Source of the DNA: an uncultured Acidobacteriota bacterium
Lineage (GTDB): Bacteria; Acidobacteriota; Thermoanaerobaculia; Gp7-AA8
Direction: 5' to 3'
Assembly (NCBI GenBank): GCA_963822445.1
Contig: CAWGHO010000001.1
Coordinates: forward strand, 1,280,001-1,344,000
Length of the DNA: 64,000 bases
Each line of letters begins with the position of its first letter. The first letter of the stretch is position 1. The notes below the pieces were generated by a model, which had not been told where the DNA came from, searched no databases, and saw only the letters and a program-made list of their open reading frames with translations. Shown here piece after piece: positions 39,254 to 49,724 of this stretch. The position numbers and the translations under genes were made by a program.

Positions 39254-40240
39254 CTACGCCGCCATGCGCGCGCGAGCCATGTCCAGCAGCCGCTGCGCGT
39301 CGGCCACCGCTTCGATGTCCTGCAGGCCCATGCGGATGTCCTTGCCGTGCGGGATTCCCTTCGAGAACCAGCCGATCACGGTGCGGGCCTTGTGCAGCTT
39401 CCAGCGGTCGATCTGCGGCGCGCCTTCGATCTTCGCCAGGTACCGGTGCATGGCGTCGATGCGGCGCTCCACTTCATCCTCGACCGAGGCCTCGCCGTTC
39501 ACGTACGCGTGAATGTCGCGGAAGATGAAGGGATTGTGCAGCGCGGCCCGGCCGATCATCACGCCGTCGACGTTGGTCTGCTCGAACATGCGGATGGCGT
39601 CGGCGGCCGTCTTCACGTCGCCGTTGCCCCACACGGGGATCTTCAGTTCGCTCTTCACCTGGGCGATGTAGTTCCAGTCGCTCGCGCCGGTGTAGGACTC
39701 GTTGCGCGTGCGGCCGTGGATGGCGATCGCGGCCACGCCGATGTCCTCGAACCGCTTGAGCAGCGGAATGACGTCGTTCGACTCCCAGCCCTTGCGCACT
39801 TTCACGGTCACGGGGATCTTCACCGCGGCCTTGATCTTCTCGACCACGCGTGCGGCCTTGTCGAAGTCCTTGAGAAGCGCCGAGCCCGCGCCGCTGCTGA
39901 CGACCTTCTTCACCGGGCAGCCCATGTTCACGTCGACGATGTCCACGCCCTCGGCCTCGACGATCGCCGCGGCGTCGTCCATCCGCTCCGGATCGCCGCC
40001 GTAAATCTGAATGGCGACCGGACGCTCGTTCTCATTGAAGGCGAGCATCTGATGCGAGCGGTCGTTCTTGCGCGTGAGGCCTTCCGCCGAGATGAATTCG
40101 GACACGACGAGGCCCACGCCACCGAGCTCCTTGATCAGCGACCGGTAATACGTGTCGGTGACCTCGGCCATCGGCGCGAGTGCGAGCGGCGACGGAATGT
40201 GCACCGACCCGATCGAAAACGTGCGCTCCAGGTAATTCAT
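39254..40240 (-). CDS. dusB: tRNA-dihydrouridine synthase DusB
   Basis: LAPMAEVTD, DVNMGCPVKKV, IHGRTR, GNGDV and GVMIGRA. Start at ATG 40240. Confidence 0.9.
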   Translation of the reverse strand: MNYLERTFSIGSVHIPSPLALAPMAEVTDTYYRSLIKELGGVGLVVSEFISAEGLTRKNDRSHQMLAFNENERPVAIQIYGGDPERMDDAAAIVEAEGVDIVDVNMGCPVKKVVSSGAGSALLKDFDKAARVVEKIKAAVKIPVTVKVRKGWESNDVIPLLKRFEDIGVAAIAIHGRTRNESYTGASDWNYIAQVKSELKIPVWGNGDVKTAADAIRMFEQTNVDGVMIGRAALHNPFIFRDIHAYVNGEASVEDEVERRIDAMHRYLAKIEGAPQIDRWKLHKARTVIGWFSKGIPHGKDIRMGLQDIEAVADAQRLLDMARARMAA

Positions 40241-40319
40241 CGCAGGAATGGAGTTTAACGTCGGCACCGGGCGTTCCAATCCCGCGATCGTCGAATCGCC
40301 TGGATCCGTCCCAAAAAAC

Positions 40320-42833
40320 ATGCGCTCTTCCCTCGTCTCCGGAATTCTTCTGGTCGCTCTGTCGCTCGTTTACGCGGGCGATACGCCGGCTCAGGCCTGT
40401 CCGAGCAAGGTCTGGTCGACAGGCCAGATCATGCCGGCAGACGAGTTCGTCTCGCGGCTGGTGACCATCGACTATGACGGCGACGACGTCCTCGATCTCG
40501 CCGGACTGATCCAGACCTCACCGGACACACTCGTCATTTGGCGCGGCCTGGGCGACGGTACGTTCAGCGCGCCGACAGTTCTCCTGACCGCCCCCTCGCC
40601 GGCGAGCGGTGCGCTCGGCGACCTTGCCACTGCCGACGTCAATGGCGACGGTCATATGGATCTGATCGTCAGCATCTGGAGTCTCCTCCGCGTATATCCC
40701 GGCAACGGCAGCGGCTTCGGTACCCCTGTCGAGCTCGACGCCAGCTACACGCTGAGAAAGTTAGTGGCCGGGAACTTCGACAGCGACCCCGCTCCGGAAG
40801 TGATTGCCACGGCGACCGGTCAGGCCCGGTTGATCATTTTCGACAACGTCGACGGGGAGCTCGCGGAAACGACGATCGTGGAGACCGCGCCCTTTCCCGG
40901 TTCGATCGCCAGCGCTGATTTCGACGGCGACGGCTTCCACGACGTGGCCGTGACTCACGGCATGAGCACTTACGAAGGAACGGTCGAGCTGTATTTCGGC
41001 GCCGCGGGAGGCACGTTCAGCGCGCCGCTGTCACTTCAGGCCGGCAGATTTTCCGCGGAGGTCTCGTCAGCGGACTTCAACGGTGACGGCCATCCCGATC
41101 TCGCCGCCTCGAGCTGGGAGGACGACAACATTACGGTTTTCCTGTACGCCGGCTCGCGACAGTTCACATCGAGCACGCTTTCGGTCGACAAGCAGCAGCA
41201 GAAGTCGGTGACCGCCGCGCTGTTGCTGACACAGGACGTGACCGGCGACGGCATTGTCGACGTCATGGCCGCGGCGATTCATTGGGGCAACTGGATCACC
41301 ACCTTCGTCGGCATGGGCGACGGCACGTTCCACTCGCCGACTTACCTCGAGCGTGGTGACGTAATCACCACATCAGCGGTCGCGGGAGACTTCGATCTCG
41401 ACGGGGACTCCGATGTGGCGATGGCTGGCTACAAGCACCTGACCATCGCCAGCGGCACGTGCGCTTCCCAGGTCGACCTCGTCCTGGAGGCTCCGCTGAT
41501 CAGTACCGGCGATGAGGCCGTGTTCCCCGTCGCGGTGTCGGGCTTCAGCAGCAGTACCCAACAGCCCTACGGCACGATCACTCTTCGGAATGGAGCGACC
41601 GACGCTGGAACGGCAGTCCTCGATGCCAGCGGCAAGGCGGTCATTGCGGTGTCGGGCCTGGGCGTCGGAGATCACACCTTTACCGCGGAATTCAGCGGAA
41701 ACGCCGATCTCGGCGCGGCGACTTCAGCGCCGGTCGTCCAGAAAGTCACGTCCGCCACAACCCAGACAGTGATCAACACGCCCGGCACTCCGCCCGTGGC
41801 CGGAACGCCCTGGAGGATCACCATCGCTATCGTCGGCGGCTACACCTATGAATGGGTCAAGCTGTCCGTCGATGGCGTCGTAACGGACCGGCGCACCGCC
41901 CAGAACATCGATCTCGATCTCAGCCCGGGCCCGCACCAGATTTTCGCGAGGTTCTCCGGCACGATCTATGACCCCGCGAGCACGTCGGAGACGCTGAACG
42001 TGATCGCCGGCAAGGCCACGCCCACCTTGACGCTGACGTCAGGTGCGGTCGTGAAGCTGGGCCAGTCCCACGCCCTGCAGTTCTCCGTAACCGGCCCGGG
42101 CGGATTACAGCCCACGGGCATGCTGCAACTCTTCTCCGGCAACACCCTGCTCGGTTCCGGCACTGTAGGAAGCGTCATCAACGTGACGCTATCGCCCGGC
42201 GCACACAGCGTCCGCGCCGAGTACGGTGGCGACGCGAACTTCAATCCGGCCACTCTCGATCTGACGCTCCAGACCGGTCCGAATCAGCCGCTGGCAATCG
42301 AGGCGCGGTCACTCGCCTCGGCAATTCAGATCGCCTTCGTTTTGCCGTCCGGGACATCCGCGTACGAGCTCAATCGACGGCCGGCCGGAACGACCTCCTG
42401 GCAGCGGCTGGGGTCATGGGACAAAACGACGGGCCTGGATGCCTTCGCGCTGGTGCGCGGCGTCGTTTACGAATATCAGCTCGAAGCCACGGTCGATGGA
42501 GCCACGATGCTCTCGAACATCGACGGCGCGCTGCTTTTCACCGATGACCCGCTGATCGCGCAGGCCACGACCGTGAAGCGCGCGCATTTCACGGAAGTTC
42601 ACGACGCCATCAATGTGATGCGGACCGCCGCGGGGCTGCCTGCTTTCGCATTCCACGCTTCGTTCACGAGCGATTCGATCATTCGAGCCTCACACGTTGC
42701 CGCTCTGCGCACGGCCCTTTCCGAAGCATGCAGCGCGATGGGGTTGAGCGCACCGACGTTCACGCATGCGGTCAGCGCGGGAACCGGCATCCGCGCTACG
42801 GACATGGAAGAGCTTCGAAACGCGTCACGCTGA
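40320..42833 (+). CDS. Secreted FG-GAP repeat + three Ig-like domain protein, paralogue 2
   Basis: Signal peptide, FG-GAP repeats, AEFSGN and YGGDANF Ig domains, and LFTDDPL...ELRNASR C-terminus. Confidence 0.85.
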   Translation: MRSSLVSGILLVALSLVYAGDTPAQACPSKVWSTGQIMPADEFVSRLVTIDYDGDDVLDLAGLIQTSPDTLVIWRGLGDGTFSAPTVLLTAPSPASGALGDLATADVNGDGHMDLIVSIWSLLRVYPGNGSGFGTPVELDASYTLRKLVAGNFDSDPAPEVIATATGQARLIIFDNVDGELAETTIVETAPFPGSIASADFDGDGFHDVAVTHGMSTYEGTVELYFGAAGGTFSAPLSLQAGRFSAEVSSADFNGDGHPDLAASSWEDDNITVFLYAGSRQFTSSTLSVDKQQQKSVTAALLLTQDVTGDGIVDVMAAAIHWGNWITTFVGMGDGTFHSPTYLERGDVITTSAVAGDFDLDGDSDVAMAGYKHLTIASGTCASQVDLVLEAPLISTGDEAVFPVAVSGFSSSTQQPYGTITLRNGATDAGTAVLDASGKAVIAVSGLGVGDHTFTAEFSGNADLGAATSAPVVQKVTSATTQTVINTPGTPPVAGTPWRITIAIVGGYTYEWVKLSVDGVVTDRRTAQNIDLDLSPGPHQIFARFSGTIYDPASTSETLNVIAGKATPTLTLTSGAVVKLGQSHALQFSVTGPGGLQPTGMLQLFSGNTLLGSGTVGSVINVTLSPGAHSVRAEYGGDANFNPATLDLTLQTGPNQPLAIEARSLASAIQIAFVLPSGTSAYELNRRPAGTTSWQRLGSWDKTTGLDAFALVRGVVYEYQLEATVDGATMLSNIDGALLFTDDPLIAQATTVKRAHFTEVHDAINVMRTAAGLPAFAFHASFTSDSIIRASHVAALRTALSEACSAMGLSAPTFTHAVSAGTGIRATDMEELRNASR

Positions 42834-42869
42834 ACCTTTTGCATACAATCGTTTCAATACGGAGGAATC

Positions 42870-43424
42870 ATGCGCAAAACAATTCTCGCCGCGGCTCTGC
42901 TCGCCGCCGCAACGACAGCCGGTGCGGCCACCGTCGCCGGCGTCAAAGTCGACGACAGCATCACCGTCAACAACCAGAAGCTCGTGCTCAACGGCGCCGC
43001 CCTGCGGAAGAAGTTCGTGGTCAAGGTTTACGTCGGCTCGCTCTATCTGCCGTCCAAACAGACCAGCGCCGCGTCGATCCTCGCCGCCGACACCCCGCGC
43101 CGCCAGGTGATGCATTTCCTCTACGACGTGGACAAGGGAAAGATGGCCGAGGCCTGGAGCGAGGGGCTGGCGGACAACACGCCCAATGCGTCGCCGGAAG
43201 TGAAGACCGCGTTCAAGACGCTCTCCTCCTGGATGGAAGACATGAAGGAAGGGCAGTCCATCGTCCTCACCTACGTCCCCGGAATCGGCACGACCGTCGA
43301 AGTGGCCGGCAAGAACAAAGGCACCCTCGGCGGCAAGGCCGTGGCCGACGCAATCCTGAACACCTGGGTCGGGCCGAAGCCGGGACCGGGCGGGGATTTC
43401 AAAAAAGGCGTGCTCGGGCAATAA
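42870..43424 (+). CDS. Chalcone isomerase-like family periplasmic protein
   Basis: LVLNGAALRKKFVVKVYVGSLYL and AILNTWVGPKP; GGAGG SD; signal peptide. Confidence 0.85.
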   Translation: MRKTILAAALLAAATTAGAATVAGVKVDDSITVNNQKLVLNGAALRKKFVVKVYVGSLYLPSKQTSAASILAADTPRRQVMHFLYDVDKGKMAEAWSEGLADNTPNASPEVKTAFKTLSSWMEDMKEGQSIVLTYVPGIGTTVEVAGKNKGTLGGKAVADAILNTWVGPKPGPGGDFKKGVLGQ

Positions 43425-43451
43425 TTACGCAGCTTCCCCCAAGGTCCGATC

Positions 43452-45968
43452 CTGCGAATCCCGTTTCCGGTACTCCTGCTCGCCGTCCTTCTCGCGTTCA
43501 CGCCCGCGGCGTCGGCGGTGTGTCCGAGCGTCATCTGGCCTCAGGGTCAGCAGCTGACGACCGACCGCTGGGTCCAGCAGCTGGTTGCGCTCGACACGAA
43601 CAACGACGGCAAGCTCGATCTCGCCGGTGTTTACGTTGAGGAGTCTTCGAACGCGTACAGCATCGTGGTCTGGCTGGGAGCCGGTGACGGAACGTTCGGC
43701 GCGCCGACGGTCCTGTACGTGGCCACCGGCTGGTTGCCCAATCTTGCGACGGCGGACGTGAACGGCGACGGATACGCGGATCTCGTCACCACCGAGGGAA
43801 GCTCGCTGCTCGTTTTCCGAGGCACGGGCAGCGGTTTCGCCGCGCCGCTGACGACCTCCCTCAGCGCAACGGTGCAGCAGATCCACGTCGGTAATTTCGA
43901 CGCCGACAGCGCCCCCGAGCTGGTGGCGTCAGCGCCCAGCGCCGGTTACTTCATCGTGTTCGACAACGTCGACGGTTCGTTCGTCGAAAAAACGACTGTC
44001 AATACGGGCCTCTTTCCCCAGTCGATCGTCAGCGCGGAGCTGAACGGCGACACGATCCACGACATCGCCGTGATCAAACAGCCGGGAACCGTCCCCAGCA
44101 CCATCGAGGTGTACGCCGGCGGCGCGAGCTACACGTACACACACACGCACAGTCTTCCCGTCGGCACCTATGCATTCGAGCTCCGCGCCGCCGATTTCAA
44201 TGGCGACGGATTGTCCGACCTGGTCGCCGCCAACTGGGAGGAAGGGACGGCCATCGTGTACCGGCGCAGCGGTTCCGATTACACGTCGACGACGCTCGAG
44301 ACCGACATCCCCCGCCGCGACGGCAACGCTCGCCGAATGCTGGTCGAGGACCTTTCCGGCGATGGCATCCCCGACCTCGCCGTGGCCGCGGAAAACGGCG
44401 GTTACCTGACGACGTTCACCGGTGTCGGTGACGGCACCTTTCGTTCGCCGTCGTACGCGTTCGGCGTCGATTACTTCGACACCCTTCAGTTCAGCTCGAT
44501 GGCCACGGGAGATTTCGACGGCGACGGCGATCTCGATCTGGCCGGCGGTGGACTGAGCACCCTCACCATCGCCTCGGCCACCTGCGCGACCCACGTGCAG
44601 CTGACCCCGCATTCGCCGATGATCTCGGCAGGCCAGACGGCGAAGTTGCACATCAACGTCTCCGGATTCGGCACGACCACGTCCCAGCCGTACGGCACGA
44701 TCACGCTGCACCACGGCGACGTGGTCGCCGGCACGTCTCCTGTCGATGCGACCGGTTACGCGACGATCTCCGTGTCCGGCCTGACGAACGGCGCCGCCTT
44801 TACCGCAGAGTTCAGCGGGAACAGCGACGTACCACCGGCCACCTCGGAGATGGTGGCAGTGAGCGTCACGAACCTGACCACGCAGACGACGATCAACACA
44901 CCTCCCACGCCGCCGGTCTACGGAACGGACTGGCCGGTGACCGTCGCGGTAACTGGCGCCAACTACGAGGGCACCACCGAATACATTCTGCTGAAGGTCG
45001 ATGGCGTGGCCACGCGGTACTTCACCGGCCAGACCATCAACCTGCGTCTCTCGCCCGGACAGCACACGATCGTGGCCGAATTCGAAGGTAGCTACCTGAG
45101 GCCACCGAGCACGTCGGAAACTCTGCTCGTCACCGCCGTCAAGGCTTCACCGACCGTCACGCTGGTCAGTGGCGCGACGACTGTGCGCGCCGGGCAAACG
45201 CACTCGCTCGCGTTTTCGGTAAATGGCCCCGCGGGGATGACTGGCACTCTGAGCCTCTTCGAGGGCAACACGCTGCTCACGTCCGGACCGGTGGGCGGTA
45301 CAGGCGCGGCGAATCTGCAGACGACACTGGCGCGCGGCAGCCACAACGTGCGCGCGGTCTACTCGGGCGACGCGAACTTCAACAGTGCCACGCTCGACTT
45401 CACCCTGCACGTCGTTCCCGACACGCCGCTGTGGATCGACGCCCGCGCGCTGGCCTCGAACGTCCAGATCGTTTACGTGCTGCCGGAGGGAGCGTCGGTG
45501 AGCCAGCTCTATCGCCGCGAGGGCGCGGGCGCCTGGGCGCCGGTTGCGTTCGATCCGGACAGCGGCATCGATCCGGCGGTTCTTCAACGCGGCGTCGTTT
45601 ACGAGTATTACCTCGCGGTCAATCTTTCCGGCGGCGGCGTTCAAACGTCGAACATCGACGGCGCATTGCTCTTCACCGATGATCCGCTGGTCGTGCTGGC
45701 CACCACGGTCAAGCGCGCGCATTTCACCGAGCTCCGCGACGCCATCAATCTGATGCGCACCGCCGCGGGACTGCCGGCCTTCGAGTTCGACGCGGCGTTT
45801 ACGAACGACTCGATCATCCGCGCATCACACATGACCGGACTGCGCACCGCGGTTTCCGAGGCGCGCAGCGCACTGGGGATGAGCGCGGCGACGTTCACGC
45901 ATGCGATCGCGGCGGGAGCGATCATTCGGGCGACGGACATCGAAGAGCTGCGGAACGCGTCACGCTGA
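43452..45968 (+). CDS. Secreted FG-GAP repeat + Ig-like protein, paralogue 3 (probable CTG start)
   Basis: Collinear with paralogue 2. The in-frame signal peptide LRIPFPVLLLAVLLAFTPAASA lies upstream of the track's GTG 43518. Confidence 0.82.
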   Translation: MRIPFPVLLLAVLLAFTPAASAVCPSVIWPQGQQLTTDRWVQQLVALDTNNDGKLDLAGVYVEESSNAYSIVVWLGAGDGTFGAPTVLYVATGWLPNLATADVNGDGYADLVTTEGSSLLVFRGTGSGFAAPLTTSLSATVQQIHVGNFDADSAPELVASAPSAGYFIVFDNVDGSFVEKTTVNTGLFPQSIVSAELNGDTIHDIAVIKQPGTVPSTIEVYAGGASYTYTHTHSLPVGTYAFELRAADFNGDGLSDLVAANWEEGTAIVYRRSGSDYTSTTLETDIPRRDGNARRMLVEDLSGDGIPDLAVAAENGGYLTTFTGVGDGTFRSPSYAFGVDYFDTLQFSSMATGDFDGDGDLDLAGGGLSTLTIASATCATHVQLTPHSPMISAGQTAKLHINVSGFGTTTSQPYGTITLHHGDVVAGTSPVDATGYATISVSGLTNGAAFTAEFSGNSDVPPATSEMVAVSVTNLTTQTTINTPPTPPVYGTDWPVTVAVTGANYEGTTEYILLKVDGVATRYFTGQTINLRLSPGQHTIVAEFEGSYLRPPSTSETLLVTAVKASPTVTLVSGATTVRAGQTHSLAFSVNGPAGMTGTLSLFEGNTLLTSGPVGGTGAANLQTTLARGSHNVRAVYSGDANFNSATLDFTLHVVPDTPLWIDARALASNVQIVYVLPEGASVSQLYRREGAGAWAPVAFDPDSGIDPAVLQRGVVYEYYLAVNLSGGGVQTSNIDGALLFTDDPLVVLATTVKRAHFTELRDAINLMRTAAGLPAFEFDAAFTNDSIIRASHMTGLRTAVSEARSALGMSAATFTHAIAAGAIIRATDIEELRNASR

Positions 45969-46694
45969 CGCGGGCCGGGCCACGAAGAACAGCTTCACCG
46001 TTCGCGCTTCGATCTCCTCGCCATACGGATCGAAATCGATCACATCCACCGGAACGAGTTGCGCCGCGGCGAGCGCGGAGATGATCTCTTTCTCGCTGTA
46101 GGCGCGCTGCCGGTGCTGCTCGCGGATCTCGACTTTCTTCCCGTCGACCACCGCCCACCCGCGCACCATCGCTTTCCCGATCCGTTCGCGCTTCCGGAAA
46201 GTCGTGGCGATCTCGAGGTGGTAATCCGCGCCGGTCGATTCGAACGGCTCGGCAATGCCCCAGACCTCGGGATAGATCTCGGGATGGTTCATGTCGAAGA
46301 GCAGCAGCGAGTCCTCGCTCATCACCCGGCGGATGGACCTGAACGCGGCCGTGAGCTCCTCCGCCTCGAGAAGATGATTGAGGCTGTCGTACAGACAGGT
46401 CACCCGCGCGAACTTGCCGCGAAACGGCAGGTCGCGCATGTCCGCGGCCACGACGCGGCCGCTCGTGCGCGACAGCATGTCCATCGACGCGTCGATGCCC
46501 GTCGACTTCCAGCCTCGCTCGCGAAAGTGCTGGAGCACGAGGCCCGTGCCGCAGGCCACGTCGAGATGCGTGCGCTTCGGCGTCGGATACTTCTCCAGCG
46601 TCTCGTCGAGCAAGGTGCGGACGGCCTTGAAGAAACGGTCGCCGAGGGCTCGATCGTAGGCGTAGGCGAAGGCGCCGTAAGCCTCACTGTCCAC
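45960..46694 (-). CDS. Class I SAM-dependent methyltransferase
   Basis: FAYAYD, LDVACGTG, GIDAS.DML, ADMRD and TCLYDSLNHL. Confidence 0.88.
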   Translation of the reverse strand: MDSEAYGAFAYAYDRALGDRFFKAVRTLLDETLEKYPTPKRTHLDVACGTGLVLQHFRERGWKSTGIDASMDMLSRTSGRVVAADMRDLPFRGKFARVTCLYDSLNHLLEAEELTAAFRSIRRVMSEDSLLLFDMNHPEIYPEVWGIAEPFESTGADYHLEIATTFRKRERIGKAMVRGWAVVDGKKVEIREQHRQRAYSEKEIISALAAAQLVPVDVIDFDPYGEEIEARTVKLFFVARPASA

Positions 46695-48834
46695 TGTTGA
46701 CGTACGCGATTGCGCGCTCGAGGACTTCATCCTTCCCTTCGCGGATTCCCTTGATCGTCGGCTCGACGCGCACGTCGGGAACGAGACCGATCCGCTGCAA
46801 CTGCCGTCCGTCGGCGTGGCGAACGTCGTGCCCGGTGAAGCCGACCGTGATACCGCCGGGCAGCGGGAAGTTGGTGACGTCGCCGTTCGCTCCGGCGCTG
46901 TTCGATCCGATGAACTTCGTTCCGTTGGCGGCTTCGAAGAACAGGCCGGTGTGCTCGGACTGGCTGATGGCCCGGTCGTCGATGAGCATGACCGTCCTGC
47001 CCTGATACACCGGTTTGTCCGATTTCGGCAGCTGCTGTTCGAAGAAGAAGCCGCTCGACCCTTCCGGATCTCCGGGCAGCTGCGCGCGGCGGAACGCTGC
47101 GCCGACCTTCGCTTTCTTCGTGTTGATGCGCGGCGCGATCGGCCACGCCGTGCCGCGCGGATACCCGCGCATGTCGAAAATGATCGCTTTGGTCTGCATC
47201 AGCGCGTCGAACATCGCGTCGACCTGCATCGGCGTCAGGCGGACCATGTCGACGTAGCCGATGTTGCCGTCGAGGACGCGATACGGCGGCGTCTTCGGTT
47301 CCGGCGGCGGAACGTACACGGCGACGCGCGGCACATTGAGGATGCGCGTCGATCCATCGGCGTTGCGCACGCCGATGCTGGCGATCGAATCCTTGGCCCC
47401 GCGCATGGCCGCGGCGATGACGCTGTTTCGCCGCGCGGCGTCGGTCGAGGCGGTTCGATACTTCCAGAAGCGCTGCACGCGCTGCTCGGCCGGTTCGCCA
47501 TCGACGCTCACGATCACGTCGCCGACTTCCAGCGGCGTGCCTTCGGGAAAGTTGCCGCGCTTTTCCGTGACGACGTATTGCCCTTCGACGTAACGGACGT
47601 TCGCGGGGAAGGTCCATTCGCCGAAGAACTGGTCGATCGCGCGGTGGCCTCGCGCGCCGGAGTGGCCGTCTTCGATTCTCGCGACCACTTCCAGCACCGC
47701 GGAGGCGTACTGGGTCTCGTCTTTCGCCGATTCGAAACGGGGGATGAACTCGCGCAGCACGGCGTCCCAGTCGCCGATCAGCGCCTTGTACGGATAGAAC
47801 CGGTCGATGATGCTCCAGAGCCGGAACAACGCCAGCAGGCGGTGCGGGAGATCGGGATAAAGCATCTCCGGATAGGTCTTCTCCGGTGTCGCGCGCGGCG
47901 TGAAACTGTCTCCCGAAAGCGGAGGCCGCGCCGCGAACGGTGCGTTCGACCGGGCGATCTCGATCGCTTTCTTCAACGGATCGGCGCTCACCGCGTCTGC
48001 GGCCAGGCCGCTCGCCGCGAGCTGAGACGAGCGGATCAGCGCGACGTGCGAACTACTGAGCTCGATCTCGTCCGTCCCGCCGACCGATTCCGCGGAGACG
48101 GGCTTCTCCGAGACGATCGCCGCGTTGCCGCTCCACCACATCGCCGCGGCGGTCAGCGGAATGATGTCGCGCGTCACGAAAACGATTCGCGGCGCCGGTG
48201 TCACGGACGGCGGCTGCGGTCGAACGGCAATCCCGCCGCTGAGTGCCGTCAGCACACCGGAGTAGTAACCGCCGGACGTCGAGCCCTGCTGCGGCGCATA
48301 CCCGGAGTGATAAACGTTTCGCACCGGCAGCGGCGGTACGTTCTCGCGCACGAGGCCGGGAATGTACCCGAGCACCCAGGCGACCTTCTCCCCGCCTTTC
48401 GTGCGGAGATCGATGACGATCGCCTTCGCCGTCGGGACTTCCTTGAGCAGCTTTTCATCGACCGGCCAGATGGCGTCTTCGCCGTTGGCGTCGACGAAGG
48501 GTCCGAGGTTGACGACGAGCGTGTCGCCGTCCCGCCGGAAGAGTTTCACGTCCGATGCGCCGGACGGCTTGGCGGTCTTTTCCACGACGCGCGTCGACGG
48601 ATCACCGAGCTCGGCCAGCATCTGTCCGATCGCCTTCGCAACCTCGGCATCATTCTTCGCGGCGCGTGCGTTCGGGATGGCCCGGACCAGCGCGCCGTCC
48701 CAATCGAGCTCGCGCTGCATCGTGTACGGGTGGCCGAACTTCACGGCCGACCACACCTCGGCGAGCTTCACTAATCCATCCTGCGCTGCGATCGGAAGAG
48801 CGATCCCCAAAACCAGCAGCAGCCGCATCACCAC
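46684..48834 (-). CDS. S41 family peptidase with PDZ-like domain
   Basis: IIFDMRGYPRG, AISQSEH, IGSNSAGANGDV and GLVPDV; signal peptide. Confidence 0.88.
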   Translation of the reverse strand: MVMRLLLVLGIALPIAAQDGLVKLAEVWSAVKFGHPYTMQRELDWDGALVRAIPNARAAKNDAEVAKAIGQMLAELGDPSTRVVEKTAKPSGASDVKLFRRDGDTLVVNLGPFVDANGEDAIWPVDEKLLKEVPTAKAIVIDLRTKGGEKVAWVLGYIPGLVRENVPPLPVRNVYHSGYAPQQGSTSGGYYSGVLTALSGGIAVRPQPPSVTPAPRIVFVTRDIIPLTAAAMWWSGNAAIVSEKPVSAESVGGTDEIELSSSHVALIRSSQLAASGLAADAVSADPLKKAIEIARSNAPFAARPPLSGDSFTPRATPEKTYPEMLYPDLPHRLLALFRLWSIIDRFYPYKALIGDWDAVLREFIPRFESAKDETQYASAVLEVVARIEDGHSGARGHRAIDQFFGEWTFPANVRYVEGQYVVTEKRGNFPEGTPLEVGDVIVSVDGEPAEQRVQRFWKYRTASTDAARRNSVIAAAMRGAKDSIASIGVRNADGSTRILNVPRVAVYVPPPEPKTPPYRVLDGNIGYVDMVRLTPMQVDAMFDALMQTKAIIFDMRGYPRGTAWPIAPRINTKKAKVGAAFRRAQLPGDPEGSSGFFFEQQLPKSDKPVYQGRTVMLIDDRAISQSEHTGLFFEAANGTKFIGSNSAGANGDVTNFPLPGGITVGFTGHDVRHADGRQLQRIGLVPDVRVEPTIKGIREGKDEVLERAIAYVNSGQ

Positions 48835-49672
48835 TTGAAGAAGCCCTCGCCGGTTTTCTTGCCCAGCTTCCCCTGCGCGACCATGTCCCGCAGCAATTGC
48901 GGCGGCTCGAAGCGCGGTCCGATGGTGGAAGCGAGGTATTCGGCGATGCCGAGGCGGACGTCGAGGCCGACCAGGTCCGTCAGCCGCAACGGTCCCATGG
49001 GATGGTTGTACCCGAGCTCCATGGCCCGATCGATGTCCTCCGCCGAACCGACGTTCTCTTCGAGCATGCGGATGGCCTCGAGACCGATGGCGACGCCGAG
49101 GCGGGAGGTGGCGAAGCCGGGGCTGTCGCGGACGATGATCGCGGTCTTGCCCATCTTCTCCGCGACCTCACGGATCTGATCGATGGTCTCGGTCGACGTG
49201 CGGTCGCCGCGCACGATCTCGATCAGCTTCATCAGATGCGGGGGATTGAAGAAGTGCATGCCGACGAAGCGATCGCGGCGCTCGACGTGCGACGCGAGCT
49301 TGGTGATGGAGAGCGAAGATGTGTTCGAGGCGATGATCGTCTCGACGCCGCAGAACAGATCGGCCTGCGAGAAGAGCTCGATCTTCAACTCGAAATTCTC
49401 GGGAATCGCTTCGATGATCAGATCCGCGCCGCTGACCGCGGGCTCGAGATCGGACACGAATGCAGCCGTCCCAAAGCCTCGTCCGCGTCGCTCTGGGTGA
49501 GCTTGTTCTTCTCGACGCCCTTGCGGAGCATCGAGTCGATGGACGCCTTCGCGGCCTCGAGCGCGGAGGCCTCCGCGTCGTGAAGAACGGCCTCGTAGCC
49601 GGCGACCGCGGCGAGGTAAGCGATGCCGCGGCCCATGGTGCCGCTGCCGATGACGGAGAGCTGGCGAATCAT
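48828..49672 (-). CDS. 3-hydroxyacyl-CoA (3-hydroxybutyryl-CoA) dehydrogenase; frameshift near 49461
   Basis: VIGSGTMGRGIA in one frame; IEAIPE, ASNTSSLS, GMHFFNP, HPMGP and GKLGKKTGEGF in the next. Confidence 0.88.
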
Positions 49673-49694
49673 GCGGCGAAGTTTACCGCGCGGT

Positions 49695-49716
49695 GTGGTG
49701 CAGGCGTCCCGCCTGC
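49695..49716 (+). repeat. Solo REP-like hairpin
   Basis: GTGG-T-GCAGGCG-TCC-CGCCTGC, the same layout as the other REP-like units. Confidence 0.65.
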
Positions 49717-49724
49717 CTCTGTCG

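Noticed and set aside
36072-45968. FG-GAP paralogues as diversity-generating retroelement targets
   Set aside because: There is no reverse transcriptase or template repeat, and the differences between paralogues are not adenine-specific.
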